The translations under genes were made by a program, and so were the position numbers. From positions 3,228 through 67,227 of IMG/VR virus record IMGVR_UViG_3300006162_000012: a DNA stretch of 64,000 bases. One strand, given 5' to 3'. The stretch is from a virus. Below the pieces are notes generated by a model, which saw only the letters and a program-made list of their open reading frames with translations, had not been told where the DNA came from and made no database searches. Positions 53,830 through 63,480 of this stretch are shown piece after piece (within the stretch, counting starts at the first letter, position 1; every line of letters starts with the position of its first letter).

Positions 53830-55664
53830 AAAAAAAGGCAAGGCTCCACAGCCCCGCCTTCCCCTCGCTTCAAGGCCAAGGCTATATCGGGATAGACCTT
53901 GAGACGAAGGATCCTGACCTCAAGAAATTGGGGCCAGGATATTTCCGCGAGGGCTCTTATGTCGCCGGTGTCGCTGTAGGGACGGAGGCGGGGTTTAGGG
54001 AGTATTACCCTATCGGCCACGAAGAAGGCCCAAATTTGCCTAAAGGGCAGGTTGCTGAATGGCTCCGGCGGGAGCTTAGCACAGACGTCCCGAAGGTCGG
54101 GGCGAATATCATTTACGACCTCGGGTTCCTCCGTTTCATGGGTGTTGAGCCAAAAGGTCCTTTTTACGACATTCAAGTCGCTGAACCGTTGATCGACGAA
54201 AACCGCCTTTCTTATAGCCTTGAGGCCTTGTCGCAAAAATACCTTGGTGCGGGAAAATTCGACGAAGAGCTTAACGCTTACCTTATCGCGAAATACGGGC
54301 GGAAAAATCCGAAATCGAACATCTGGCGCGCGCCTTCGCATATCGTCAAACCTTACGCGGTCGGCGACGTCGAGCAAACTCTTTACGTGTTCCGAAAGCA
54401 AATTCCGATCCTTAAAGCGGAAGCCTTGTGGGATTTGTTCGAGATGGAATGCAGCCTCATCCCGATGCTCCTCGACATGCGGGTCCGCGGCGTCCATATC
54501 GACGTCCCCGCCGCGAAGAAGATGCATGCTGAACTTACGGAAAGGCAAGAAAAGCTCCAGAAGAAAATCGGCGATGCGTCTGTCTGGGCGGCTGCAGAAA
54601 TCGCGCTGTTATTCGACAGGCACGGCATGGAATATCCCCGCACTCCGAAGACTAAAGCTCCGTCGATCACGGCGGACTTTCTTAAGGCGTGCCCGCACCC
54701 ATTGGCGAAAAGCATCCTTGAGGTGCGGCAGCTGGACAAACTCCGCGGGACTTTCCTAGAAGGCGTGATTTTCGACATGCTTTACGAAGGATCGATCCAC
54801 ACGTCTTTCAACCAACTCCGGAGCGACGACACTGGCGCGGTCTCTGGCCGGTTTAGCTCATCCCTTCCGAACCTCCAATTCATTCCGTCCAGGACAGAAG
54901 ACGGCAAGCGTATCCGCTCGCTTTTTGTCCCCGATAAGGGGTGCGATTGGGGGAAATTAGATTTTAGCCAAGTCGAATTTCGGCTGGCTGTGAATGACGC
55001 CATAGATTGTAAGCTAGGAAAAGCCCACGCAATCGCAGAAGCTTACCAGAGGGATCCAAACCTCGACTATCATCAAGTCGTCGCCGATATGTGCGGCGTC
55101 ACTCGGACGCAAGCTAAGACGATCAATTTCGGCATCCTTTACGGAGAAGGCGCCGCGAAGCTTTCTTCGCAGCTTGGCTTAGATGAACAAGGCGGTCGAA
55201 AGCTGTTGAGGAAATATCATCTGCGAGTCCCGTTCGCTAAGCCTCTTTCCGAGCGATTTTCTAGCATCGCCAAAAAGCAGGGTTACGTCGTCACCCTTTA
55301 CGGCCGGCGCCGCCGGTTTGAAAAATTTTCTGTGGGAGGGAAAGATGGTTTCCAGATTGTCCCAGAAGGGACGATCGGCGCAAGGCGGGCTTTCGTCCAC
55401 AAAGCCCTCAACGCGCGGATCCAGGGAAGCGCGGCAGACGTGATGAAATTGTCGATGCTTGCAGTCTATAAATCTGGCGTGACGAAAGTCCTCGGCGTTC
55501 CGCACCTCACCGTGCATGACGAGCTCGACTATTCGATCCCCCGGACGAAGGAAGGCCGCGAGGCTTTCGCGGAAGCGAAACATCTTATGGAGACGTGCGT
55601 CGAATTGAATTTGCCTTTGAAGGTCGACAGCGGCGTCGGCCCCAATTGGGGGAAAGTAGCATGA
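53826..55664 (+). CDS. DNA polymerase family A with 3'-5' exonuclease domain
   Basis: ExoI DLET, ExoII N..YD, ExoIII YA..D; GRFSSS.PNLQ, DFSQVE.R, AKTINFGILYG, IQGSAAD, VHDEL. Confidence 0.95.
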   Translation: MKKKARLHSPAFPSLQGQGYIGIDLETKDPDLKKLGPGYFREGSYVAGVAVGTEAGFREYYPIGHEEGPNLPKGQVAEWLRRELSTDVPKVGANIIYDLGFLRFMGVEPKGPFYDIQVAEPLIDENRLSYSLEALSQKYLGAGKFDEELNAYLIAKYGRKNPKSNIWRAPSHIVKPYAVGDVEQTLYVFRKQIPILKAEALWDLFEMECSLIPMLLDMRVRGVHIDVPAAKKMHAELTERQEKLQKKIGDASVWAAAEIALLFDRHGMEYPRTPKTKAPSITADFLKACPHPLAKSILEVRQLDKLRGTFLEGVIFDMLYEGSIHTSFNQLRSDDTGAVSGRFSSSLPNLQFIPSRTEDGKRIRSLFVPDKGCDWGKLDFSQVEFRLAVNDAIDCKLGKAHAIAEAYQRDPNLDYHQVVADMCGVTRTQAKTINFGILYGEGAAKLSSQLGLDEQGGRKLLRKYHLRVPFAKPLSERFSSIAKKQGYVVTLYGRRRRFEKFSVGGKDGFQIVPEGTIGARRAFVHKALNARIQGSAADVMKLSMLAVYKSGVTKVLGVPHLTVHDELDYSIPRTKEGREAFAEAKHLMETCVELNLPLKVDSGVGPNWGKVA

Positions 55665-56698
55665 TCATCAAAGAAGCTTTAGACGCTTACGCCAAGTCGA
55701 TCGACCGGCCGTTTTTTTCGGATCGGACGAAGACCGTCGGCGCGTCAGAAGTCGGCCAGTGCGCGAGGAAAACGGCGTTCGTGAAGCAAGCCCATTTGCC
55801 GGACGCTGACTCTACCGAGCGTTATGGCGCGAAACTCCGCGGCGTGTTGATCGAGAATTATTTCTGGGTGCCGGCCCTTCGGGCGAAATATGGGGACGAC
55901 CTCCTTTACGCTGGGGACGTCGGCCAAAACACGCTGATGCGCGGTTACCTCTCCGCGACGCCTGACGCTCTAGTCGTGAACCAAAAGCCGAGCGCCTTGA
56001 AGGAATATGGCGTCCCGAAGATCGCGGGCGGGTGCTTCATCGCGGAAGCTAAGTCGATCGATCCGCGGAGCCCGATCGCCAAGGCGAAGGAGCAGCATAT
56101 TTACCAAGTCCAAGTCCAAATGGGCCTAATGCGGGAGAAGACTAAGCACAAACCGAACCACGCCCTCATCAGCTATGTCGACGCGTCTTTCTTGCATGAA
56201 ATTTCAGAATTCGTCGTCGCGTTCGATCCTAAGATCTACGCGAACGCCCACAAACGGGCGGAAACGATCATGACCGCGAAGGATCCAAAAGACATTCCCC
56301 CCGAAGGCCTCATAGCTGGCGGCGGGGAATGCGCATATTGCGGGTTTACTACAAGATGCAAAGCGGTCAAAAAGGAGGACCTCGCTTACGCCGAGCCTAC
56401 CGATTTGCCTGCGGCGTTCGTGGAGAAAGTGGAGAAGCTATGCAAAGAAGCTAAGCAGTTGAAAGAGACATCAGAAACAGATATGGTCAAATACCGGACG
56501 CTTCAAGAAGAAATCAAGGACTTGCTCCGTAGCCAGAAAATCCGCAAAGTCCCTGGCGTCGTCACTTGGAGCTTCGTGAAAGGACGAACCTCTTACGATA
56601 TGAAAGGACTTCGAGAAGCGGCGGCAGAAGCCGGCGTCGACGTCGAAAGCTTCCAGACCGTAGGAGAAATATCAGACCAGTTAACAATCAGACTCTAA
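55661..56698 (+). CDS. Cas4/PD-(D/E)XK-like exonuclease
   Basis: start ATG 55661; ASEVGQCAR, ATPD, EAKS, Q.Q.QM, CAYC....C (Fe-S-type Cys). Confidence 0.82.
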   Translation: MIIKEALDAYAKSIDRPFFSDRTKTVGASEVGQCARKTAFVKQAHLPDADSTERYGAKLRGVLIENYFWVPALRAKYGDDLLYAGDVGQNTLMRGYLSATPDALVVNQKPSALKEYGVPKIAGGCFIAEAKSIDPRSPIAKAKEQHIYQVQVQMGLMREKTKHKPNHALISYVDASFLHEISEFVVAFDPKIYANAHKRAETIMTAKDPKDIPPEGLIAGGGECAYCGFTTRCKAVKKEDLAYAEPTDLPAAFVEKVEKLCKEAKQLKETSETDMVKYRTLQEEIKDLLRSQKIRKVPGVVTWSFVKGRTSYDMKGLREAAAEAGVDVESFQTVGEISDQLTIRL

Positions 56699-56727
56699 GC
56701 AGGAAACAGGAAAAAGGAAAACAGAAA

Positions 56728-57453
56728 ATGGCTAATCTTGTCAAAGCAAGCGACCAAGAATATATCAACCAAGTGGCGAACGCTTTCGACGCCTTCGGCG
56801 ACACGACAGCTTCGTCGAACATCGTCGGCACCCTCCTCAAATTCAACAAGGGCGACTGGCTCCTCGGCCGCGACCAGGAAGAAGTCGAGGAAGGGACGAA
56901 ATTCGTCGTCCTCATGGACGATATGCAAGTCGGCTGGCAAAAATGGATGGACAGCAAGCCGACTGAGCAGAGGTTCCAAAAGATCACTGACCCGTCCTTC
57001 CAGCATGTCTCCCGGAAGGACCTTGACGCTCAAGACGAGTCGGAATGGGAGATCGGCGACGACGGCAAGCCGCGCGATCCGTGGTCGGCGACGTCGTTGG
57101 TGTTCCTCAAGAACGTCGGCGATTACGGTGAAGAAGCTACGCTCTACACCCTCCCGGCGAATTCCAAAGGCCTCCTGAAGGCAGTCGGCGAATTGTCGAA
57201 GATCTACGCGGCTAAAGTCCGCCAGGATCCTTCTGTCAACCCGATCGTCGAGGTCGGCAGCGACTCGTATATGCATCCGAACAAAGCCTATGGTCGGATC
57301 AAGACGCCGACGCTGAAAGTGGTCGATTGGGAGCCGAAGGAAAGCGAAGTGACGACGAAGAAAGTGTCCGCCCCAGTGAAGAAGGCCGAACCGGCGAAAA
57401 AGCAATTGGCTCCGCCGGCGAAGAAGGCCCCGGCGCCCGCTAAACGGCGCTAG
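56728..57453 (+). CDS. putative ssDNA-binding/annealing protein
   Basis: LLKF.KGDW, GWQKW, DPW, P.VE...DSY.H..YGRIKTP; lies between exonuclease and helicase genes. Confidence 0.65.
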   Translation: MANLVKASDQEYINQVANAFDAFGDTTASSNIVGTLLKFNKGDWLLGRDQEEVEEGTKFVVLMDDMQVGWQKWMDSKPTEQRFQKITDPSFQHVSRKDLDAQDESEWEIGDDGKPRDPWSATSLVFLKNVGDYGEEATLYTLPANSKGLLKAVGELSKIYAAKVRQDPSVNPIVEVGSDSYMHPNKAYGRIKTPTLKVVDWEPKESEVTTKKVSAPVKKAEPAKKQLAPPAKKAPAPAKRR

Positions 57454-57467
57454 AACTACGGAACCGA

Positions 57468-57495
57468 CCCGCTGGCGGCCAAAATCGCCAGCGGG
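57468..57495. other. intergenic hairpin
   Basis: 10-bp stem CCCGCTGGCG/CGCCAGCGGG; no U-tract. Confidence 0.5.
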
Positions 57496-57503
57496 AGGCC
57501 AAT

Positions 57504-59087
57504 ATGCCCTACCTCTCCCTTCGGCCGCCCCGCGTCAAGCAGCGTGAAGCCCTCGAATGGCTCAAGGGGCGCCGGGCTGGCGCGTTGCTTATGGCGATGC
57601 GGACGGGAAAAACGAAAGTCGTCGTAGACGATTGGGGCCGCCTCGTCGATCAGGGATTAGTCCGGTCTCTCCTTGTCATCGCGCCGGCCGGCGTCTATAA
57701 AACTTGGGAGAAAGCGATCCGGGACGACGCCCCGCCAGATTTCCTCAAGAACGCCACGATCGGCCTCTGGGTGAGCGGAAAAGAACCTCCTGAATTCAAA
57801 CGCGGCCCGCGCGTCCTCCTGATGAACAGCGAAGCCATCAGCATGACGAAAAAAGCCCGTGAATACGTCCTGTCGTTCCTCCGCGCTGACGTCGGCTATA
57901 ACATGGTCGCTGTGGACGAGTCCGTCATTATCAAGAATAAAGACTCAGTCGTCGGGAAATTTATGGTCGAAAAGGTCGAACCTTTCGCGTCTTATAAACG
58001 GATTTTGACGGGCCTTCTGTCTCCCCGTTCGCCGGTCGACGTCTATAACCAATTCAAATTCCTCGACCGCAAGATCTTTCCTGAGCCTTTCGGGATGTTC
58101 CAACACCGTTATTGCAAGATGAAGCATATCGTCCGGATCGCCGATCCTTTAGTTGATATGTATTTCAGGCGGATGTTCGCGAACAAGAAAAACGAGGCTG
58201 CCGTCCTTAAGCTCCTCGGGACGAAAGCGCCGACGGTGAAAGAGGCGATGTCGTGGATGACCCGAGATGAGAAAATCGGGCATGTCTTCAGGCTTGGCGG
58301 GTGGATGCCAAATGTCCCCGTCACGGAAGGCTTCCAGAACCTCGACGAATTGCATAAACGGATCGCTCCGCATTCTTTCCGCGTCGCTTTAGAGGACTGC
58401 GCCGACTTGCCGGCGATCGATTATTCTTTCCGCGACGTGGCGATGACGAAAGACCAAAAATTCTACTATCAAAAAATGAAAAAAGAAGCTTACGCGGAGC
58501 TCGAAAGCTTAGGAAGCAGCGTGACTGCGACGCAGGTCATCGTCCAAATCCTCCGCCTTCATCAAATCCTCTGCGGATTTATGACTACAGACGACGGGGA
58601 TATTTTTCCGATCGTCGAGGATCGGACGGACGAAATCTTGTCAATCCTGGAAGATTACGAAGGGAAAGCCCTCATTTGGTGCGCTTACGACTACGTCGTC
58701 CAGCGCGTGTCGAAAGCAGTGGTCCAGCGCTTTGGCGAGAAAAGCCTCGCCCGTTTTTGGGGCGGGAACCTTAAGACACGCGAAGCTGAAGAGCTTTCTT
58801 TCCGAACGGATCCTGCTGTGCGTTTCCTTGTCGCGACGCCTGACGCTGGCGGAAAAGGCCGGACGTGGGACGTGGCTGACCTGGCGATCTACCATTCTTG
58901 CCGCAATAACCTTGACCACCGTTTGCAATCGGAGGAACGGATCAGGTCGCTGGACAAGACCCGGCAGCTCGCCATCGTCGACCTTCGGTGCCCTGGGACC
59001 GTCGAAGAACCGATGATCGAGGCGCTTCGAGCGAAGCAGGACATGGCGAATCTGATTGTCGGAAAAGAATGGAAAAAGTGGCTTTAA
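57504..59087 (+). CDS. SNF2-family helicase
   Basis: MRTGKT, VDES..IKN, ILTG, GG.G, QSEERI. Confidence 0.9.
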   Translation: MPYLSLRPPRVKQREALEWLKGRRAGALLMAMRTGKTKVVVDDWGRLVDQGLVRSLLVIAPAGVYKTWEKAIRDDAPPDFLKNATIGLWVSGKEPPEFKRGPRVLLMNSEAISMTKKAREYVLSFLRADVGYNMVAVDESVIIKNKDSVVGKFMVEKVEPFASYKRILTGLLSPRSPVDVYNQFKFLDRKIFPEPFGMFQHRYCKMKHIVRIADPLVDMYFRRMFANKKNEAAVLKLLGTKAPTVKEAMSWMTRDEKIGHVFRLGGWMPNVPVTEGFQNLDELHKRIAPHSFRVALEDCADLPAIDYSFRDVAMTKDQKFYYQKMKKEAYAELESLGSSVTATQVIVQILRLHQILCGFMTTDDGDIFPIVEDRTDEILSILEDYEGKALIWCAYDYVVQRVSKAVVQRFGEKSLARFWGGNLKTREAEELSFRTDPAVRFLVATPDAGGKGRTWDVADLAIYHSCRNNLDHRLQSEERIRSLDKTRQLAIVDLRCPGTVEEPMIEALRAKQDMANLIVGKEWKKWL

Positions 59088-59120
59088 GGGGTTTACTTTC
59101 TCTTCATGGCGTAATAATGG
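59088..59120 (+). promoter_or_regulatory. phage promoter motif
   Basis: GGGGTTTACT, 17 nt, TAATGG. Confidence 0.55.
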
Positions 59121-59144
59121 AAAAGAACGCTCAGGAGAAATCAA

Positions 59145-59378
59145 ATGGCCCATACCTTAACCTGGAAAGAAATTTACCGAGCTTCCAATGAGGCTGGTTT
59201 TTTCCACGGTGTTATGGGCGCTGAAGAAAACGCCAGCGACACTATCTACGTCGACAAAGCCGCCGCCCCGGAAGATTTCGACAAAATCGCCCTCGCCTCG
59301 CTGGAAGGCTATTTGGCCGAAGGGACGCTCGATAAAAAAGAGCATGACTTCTTCGTTGCTTTGGGGGTCCGTTTTTAA
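59145..59378 (+). CDS. hypothetical protein
   Basis: AGGAG RBS; 77 aa, acidic. Confidence 0.65.
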   Translation: MAHTLTWKEIYRASNEAGFFHGVMGAEENASDTIYVDKAAAPEDFDKIALASLEGYLAEGTLDKKEHDFFVALGVRF

Positions 59379-59392
59379 CAAGGAGAAAACAG

Positions 59393-59536
59393 ATGTTCAA
59401 GATCTATTACGGCATCATTCTCGTTCATTCTTTCAAATCTACTTCCCTTAAAAAGGCGCTTATCCGCGCCCAACAATTCCGGGTCATGAAGACCCACTTG
59501 ATCACTCCCGGGGGGAAAGAAATTTCCCTCCTTTAA
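59393..59536 (+). CDS. small hypothetical protein (47 aa, not in the ORF track)
   Basis: AAGGAG RBS, ATG..TAA; MFKIYYGIILVHSF.. Confidence 0.55.
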   Translation: MFKIYYGIILVHSFKSTSLKKALIRAQQFRVMKTHLITPGGKEISLL

Positions 59537-59543
59537 TCCCTAA

Positions 59544-59554
59544 GGGGGTTTACT
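59544..59554 (+). promoter_or_regulatory. phage promoter motif
   Basis: GGGGGTTTACT upstream of the helicase gene. Confidence 0.5.
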
Positions 59555-59618
59555 TCAAAATAAAGATATGACAATAAGAAGGGGAGGAAAATTCTTCCCT
59601 TTCTTTTTGGAGCTCGTT

Positions 59619-61112
59619 ATGAACCTCTCGATCCAACAACAGGCCATCGTCGACTGGACCAAGAACGGAAAAGGTTCGGCCTTCGTCGAAGCCGTCGCCG
59701 GCGCCGGGAAGACCACGACCCTCCTCGAGCTCCTCTCGGCTACGAAGGGTCCGGTCGCCTTCGCCGCCTACAACAAGGCGATCGCCACGGAAATCAAGGA
59801 AAAGGTCGCTAAACTCGGCCTTGGCCCGCGGGTGAACGTCGGGACGTTCCATTCTTTCGGCTTCAACGCCTGGCGGAAAATCCACCCCGACGTGAAGGTG
59901 GACGCCCGGGAAAAGGAAAAAAGGACTACGGAGTTCCTCCGTCAATCCAACGCGGCGAACCTTGACGGGTTCGTGAGGAAATTGGCTTCTCTCGCCAAGC
60001 AACGAGCCCTTGGCGTCTTCGGATCGACGGCGGACCTTTCTAAGTGGTTCGAGATCGTCGACCATTTCGACCTCGCCTTCGAGATCGAAGACGAAGCCCA
60101 AATCGAGCGGGGCGTCAACCTCGCCATCCGCGTCCTCGAGCTCCACGTCCAATGGGCGGATAAGCTCATTGACTTCGACGATATGATCTATATGCCGCTC
60201 GTCAGCGGCTGCAAGATGTGGGAAAACGACTGGGTCCTGGTCGACGAGGCCCAGGACACAAACCCGGCCCGCCGGGCGTTGGCCCGTAAAATGCTCCGCC
60301 AAGGCGGCCGGGGGGTCTTCGTCGGCGACCGGCATCAGTCCATCTACGGTTTCAGCGGCGCGGACTCGAACGCGATCGACCTCATCGTCAAAGATTTTTC
60401 CTGCAAAATCCTCCCGATGACGACGACCTACCGTTGTCCGAAGGCGGTGGTCTCTGCCGCCCAGGCTTTCGTCTCGCACATCGTCGCTGCGGATAGCGCC
60501 CCAGAAGGCGTGGTCCGGACGATCCACGCCAACGATTTGCCTACCGAATCTTTGACTGCCGCCGACGCCGTCCTCTGCCGCAACACGAAGCCCCTAGTGG
60601 AAATGGCCTATACGTTGATCCGCAAGGGCGTCGCCTGCCACGTGGAAGGCCGGGACATCGGCGCCGGCCTCCTCAAGCTGGTCGATCGGTTCAAGGCTAA
60701 TTCCCTCCCGAACCTCATCGGAAAGTTGGAAGACTTCGCCGAACGCGAGTCGGAGAAATTGATCGCGAAGGGGAAGGAGACCCAGGCTGAAGCGCTTCTC
60801 GACAAGATCGAGACCATCCGGACGATCGCCGCCGGTTCGTCCGACATTTTCCAGTTGAAGTCGAAGATCCAAAACCTTTTCCTCGACGCTGAATTCGAGG
60901 CTAAACCGACCCTCACGCTTTCGACGGTCCATCGGTCGAAAGGGCGGGAATGGAACCGGGTTTTCCTGCTAGGACATGACACCTTGATGCCGTCCCGCTA
61001 CGCCCGGCAAGAGTGGCAAAAGCAGCAAGAAAACAACCTCATCTATGTCGCTTACACGAGGTCGAAGTCCGAGCTCATCCTCGTCGACCTTCCTGCCTCT
61101 CCGAAAGGCTAA
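59619..61112 (+). CDS. UvrD/Rep-family SF1 helicase
   Basis: start ATG 59619; AVAGAGKTT, VDEAQD, VGD.HQSIYGF.GA, YRCP, TVHRSKGRE, YVAYTR. Confidence 0.92.
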   Translation: MNLSIQQQAIVDWTKNGKGSAFVEAVAGAGKTTTLLELLSATKGPVAFAAYNKAIATEIKEKVAKLGLGPRVNVGTFHSFGFNAWRKIHPDVKVDAREKEKRTTEFLRQSNAANLDGFVRKLASLAKQRALGVFGSTADLSKWFEIVDHFDLAFEIEDEAQIERGVNLAIRVLELHVQWADKLIDFDDMIYMPLVSGCKMWENDWVLVDEAQDTNPARRALARKMLRQGGRGVFVGDRHQSIYGFSGADSNAIDLIVKDFSCKILPMTTTYRCPKAVVSAAQAFVSHIVAADSAPEGVVRTIHANDLPTESLTAADAVLCRNTKPLVEMAYTLIRKGVACHVEGRDIGAGLLKLVDRFKANSLPNLIGKLEDFAERESEKLIAKGKETQAEALLDKIETIRTIAAGSSDIFQLKSKIQNLFLDAEFEAKPTLTLSTVHRSKGREWNRVFLLGHDTLMPSRYARQEWQKQQENNLIYVAYTRSKSELILVDLPASPKG

Positions 61113-61113
61113 A

Positions 61114-61122
61114 GGGTTTACA
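61114..61122 (+). promoter_or_regulatory. phage promoter motif
   Basis: GGGTTTACA after the helicase stop. Confidence 0.45.
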
Positions 61123-61170
61123 AAATGAGGGCGGACAGGATATGTTCGCCTTCGGTCTAAGGAAATCCAA

Positions 61171-61752
61171 ATGACGAAAAGGTTAGATCCTAGCGAGCTT
61201 CTTCAATTTCGCTGGACACGGGAAATGGACACTATACTTCGGAACCTCGCGGTCGGGAAAAAAACCGCCCAAGAAATCGCTTCCATTTTCAATAAAATGG
61301 GCTATCAAAACATCACGCGGTATTCTATCTTAGGACGGAGCCACCGCATGGGACTTCGATTAGATAAATTCTTCTGGACAGCCGAAATGGACGCCTTTTT
61401 AAGGAAAGTCGTCGAGGACGGCAAGTCGGCCGCCGAGGCTCTTGTCCTTTTTTATGAAAAAGGACACTCCAGCTTGTCCAGGAACGCTCTTGTGGGCCGG
61501 AGCCACCGACTCGGCCTGCGGTTCCATAAAGCGAAAGAACGCAATGTCCCGATCAAGCGCGCTGCGAAGCTAGCGATCGCTGTCGACGAGGTCTCCTTCG
61601 ACGGCGGCGTCGATTTCGCCAGCCTTCCCGATAAGGCCTGCCGTTTTCCTGTCAGCCCTTTCCACGCGAAAGAACACAAATTCTGCGGAGCTCCTTCCGA
61701 CGGAAAATCGCGTTATTGCGCAGACCATGCAGCGATCGCTAGGAGGAATTGA
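61171..61752 (+). CDS. GcrA-like regulator with duplicated N-terminal HTH
   Basis: two WT.EMD..LR...GK.A...(T/S)R....GR.HR.GLR units; C-terminal CRFP..FCG.P...YC..H. Confidence 0.8.
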   Translation: MTKRLDPSELLQFRWTREMDTILRNLAVGKKTAQEIASIFNKMGYQNITRYSILGRSHRMGLRLDKFFWTAEMDAFLRKVVEDGKSAAEALVLFYEKGHSSLSRNALVGRSHRLGLRFHKAKERNVPIKRAAKLAIAVDEVSFDGGVDFASLPDKACRFPVSPFHAKEHKFCGAPSDGKSRYCADHAAIARRN

Positions 61753-61753
61753 G

Positions 61754-62101
61754 ATGGCCCCGCAAAAGATCTACATCGCCGGTCCGATGGGCGGTTTGCC
61801 TGATTTGAATTTTCCCGCGTTCCACCAAGCAGCAGAAAAGCTCCGCCGGTGGGGACATTTTGTCTTCAACCCGGCGGAGCACGACCAAGGATCCTATAGA
61901 GCGAACCTCCAAATCGACTTATCTTGGATATGCGGTGAAGCTCAGGCGATTTTCATGCTTGCCGGCTGGGAAAAAAGCCCTGGCGCGAGAGCAGAACATG
62001 CGTTGGCCGTGGCGTTGGGGCTTGACATTTGGTATGAAATGTTTCTCCTATTGACGCTTGACGAAACTGAAGCCGCTCATCATTTCGTAGGCGAAAAATA
62101 A
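61754..62101 (+). CDS. DUF4406 / nucleoside-deoxyribosyltransferase-like protein
   Basis: IYIAGPM.G.PDLNFPAF, NPAE, L.GWEKSPGARAEH. Confidence 0.8.
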   Translation: MAPQKIYIAGPMGGLPDLNFPAFHQAAEKLRRWGHFVFNPAEHDQGSYRANLQIDLSWICGEAQAIFMLAGWEKSPGARAEHALAVALGLDIWYEMFLLLTLDETEAAHHFVGEK

Positions 62102-62102
62102 A

Positions 62103-62276
62103 ATGAAACCACTCCCGCGCTACGAAACCGCGACGACGTATCGGCTGTTCGCGTTAGGCCTTTGGATCGGCGCGGCGCGGGAGGACGATTTCACGCGTAA
62201 AGTCCTAATCGTCGGCGGTTTCGTCTTCGTAATTTGGGCGCTGATACTCGTCTTGAGAGAGGAAAAGGGACCATGA
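62103..62276 (+). CDS. small membrane protein (57 aa)
   Basis: ATG..TGA; TM segment VLIVGGFVFVIWALILV. Confidence 0.45.
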   Translation: MKPLPRYETATTYRLFALGLWIGAAREDDFTRKVLIVGGFVFVIWALILVLREEKGP

Positions 62277-62449
62277 ACACATATTGGGTCTTGATAATCA
62301 TCATTCATGGTTGGGGCGCGGGGACCGGCTCGAACGGAAACGCAATCGGGTCAGTGGACTTCATACTGAGAGAAGATTGCGAAGCTGCCCGCGCGGCGAT
62401 CGCCGAGAAAATTGGAGAAGACTCATTTTCTGTCTGCGTGAAGAAATGA
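62273..62449 (+). CDS. small hypothetical protein
   Basis: WVLIII..F...DCEAA..CVK; ATGA coupling. Confidence 0.6.
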   Translation: MNTYWVLIIIIHGWGAGTGSNGNAIGSVDFILREDCEAARAAIAEKIGEDSFSVCVKK

Positions 62450-62518
62450 GCCAGCAACAGGAGGCGCGTGATGGCGACGAAGACGATCTGCATAGCCGGG
62501 GACTTTTAGGAGACGACG

Positions 62519-62809
62519 ATGGCGAGAAAAGAAAAAATCCGCGCCGGAGCCATGGCCCTCGGCTTGCTGCTCTCCGGGGCGGCGTTGGGGCAGGGCGTAG
62601 TTTTGTCGCCCAACAGCACTTCGCAAGGCATCGCGACGAACCTCGTACTTCCCATTTGTCCGAAGGATCGAGCGCTCGTCACTATACCTGGGACGACGAC
62701 GATGTTCATGTGCGCGAAAGACCTGACGAGCGCCTATCGTTGTTGGGTTCCGAATCAATGTCAGAGCATCGACGGTTCGACTAACTGGACCTGTGAGTGT
62801 CAGCCATGA
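62519..62809 (+). CDS. small secreted Cys-rich protein
   Basis: hydrophobic signal-like segment followed by 6 Cys. Confidence 0.5.
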   Translation: MARKEKIRAGAMALGLLLSGAALGQGVVLSPNSTSQGIATNLVLPICPKDRALVTIPGTTTMFMCAKDLTSAYRCWVPNQCQSIDGSTNWTCECQP

Positions 62810-63480
62810 GCAAAGATCGCATCGAAGAAATCCGCGCCCGGCTTGAGGCGGCGACGCCGAAAGCATCGCAAGAGAGAGCCGATTTGTTTTGGCTGTTGGA
62901 GCGGGTGGAGGAACTGACGGAAAGCCGCGACAATTTTCGCACCGGGCAAGAGGTCGTTTACGAGGAACTGACCGCGCTCAGCGCCGAACGTGACAGGCTG
63001 GCGGGGGAGTTGGTGAAGATCAACGACAAGCGCGCGCCTGTGCAAGGCTACTCTCCCGGCATCCCGTGGGAAATGCACCTTCGCGCATATGACGCCTACA
63101 GCAAGAAATACGGCAGACAAGATGCGTTGATCGACCTTGAAGGCCGCAACTGCCGTGGAGGTTTTGGTTGCACTGAACTGGATATGTTCGTGCCCGGCTG
63201 GCGTGAGGAGCTTTCCGAACGAACGAAGCTAATCACCGAACGCGATGAAGCTCTCGCGCGCATTGCCCGCATCGCCGCCGAAACGAAAGAGCGGTGCGCG
63301 AAGGTGTTGGATCGTCGCGCCGCTTACGCTTTTTCAAACTGTGACCACATGGGCATGACTGATCCAGAAACGGGCGTTGGTGAGTGCAGCCTAGCGGCTC
63401 GTGGGCAAGACTGTCTCTGTCAAGAGCGGTTTGAGGAAGCGGAAAGTCTCGCCGCCGCAATTCGCGCGATGGGGGAGTGA
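62806..63480 (+). CDS. Ead/Ea22-like mosaic hypothetical protein
   Basis: IEEIRARLEAATP N-terminus, coiled-coil segments, C-terminal AAAIRA. Confidence 0.6.
   Translation: MSKDRIEEIRARLEAATPKASQERADLFWLLERVEELTESRDNFRTGQEVVYEELTALSAERDRLAGELVKINDKRAPVQGYSPGIPWEMHLRAYDAYSKKYGRQDALIDLEGRNCRGGFGCTELDMFVPGWREELSERTKLITERDEALARIARIAAETKERCAKVLDRRAAYAFSNCDHMGMTDPETGVGECSLAARGQDCLCQERFEEAESLAAAIRAMGE
63265..63303 (+). repeat. 39-bp direct repeat, copy 1
   Basis: 38/39 identical to 63660-63698. Confidence 0.9.

Noticed and set aside
53826-55664. DpoZ-type polymerase or 7-deazaguanine system
   Set aside because: No purZ, datZ, dpdA, queC/D/E or folE-like genes are visible
55661-56698. Cas4-like nuclease as evidence of a CRISPR system
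   Set aside because: No repeat-spacer array or other cas genes; it sits in the usual PolA-exonuclease-SSB replication context
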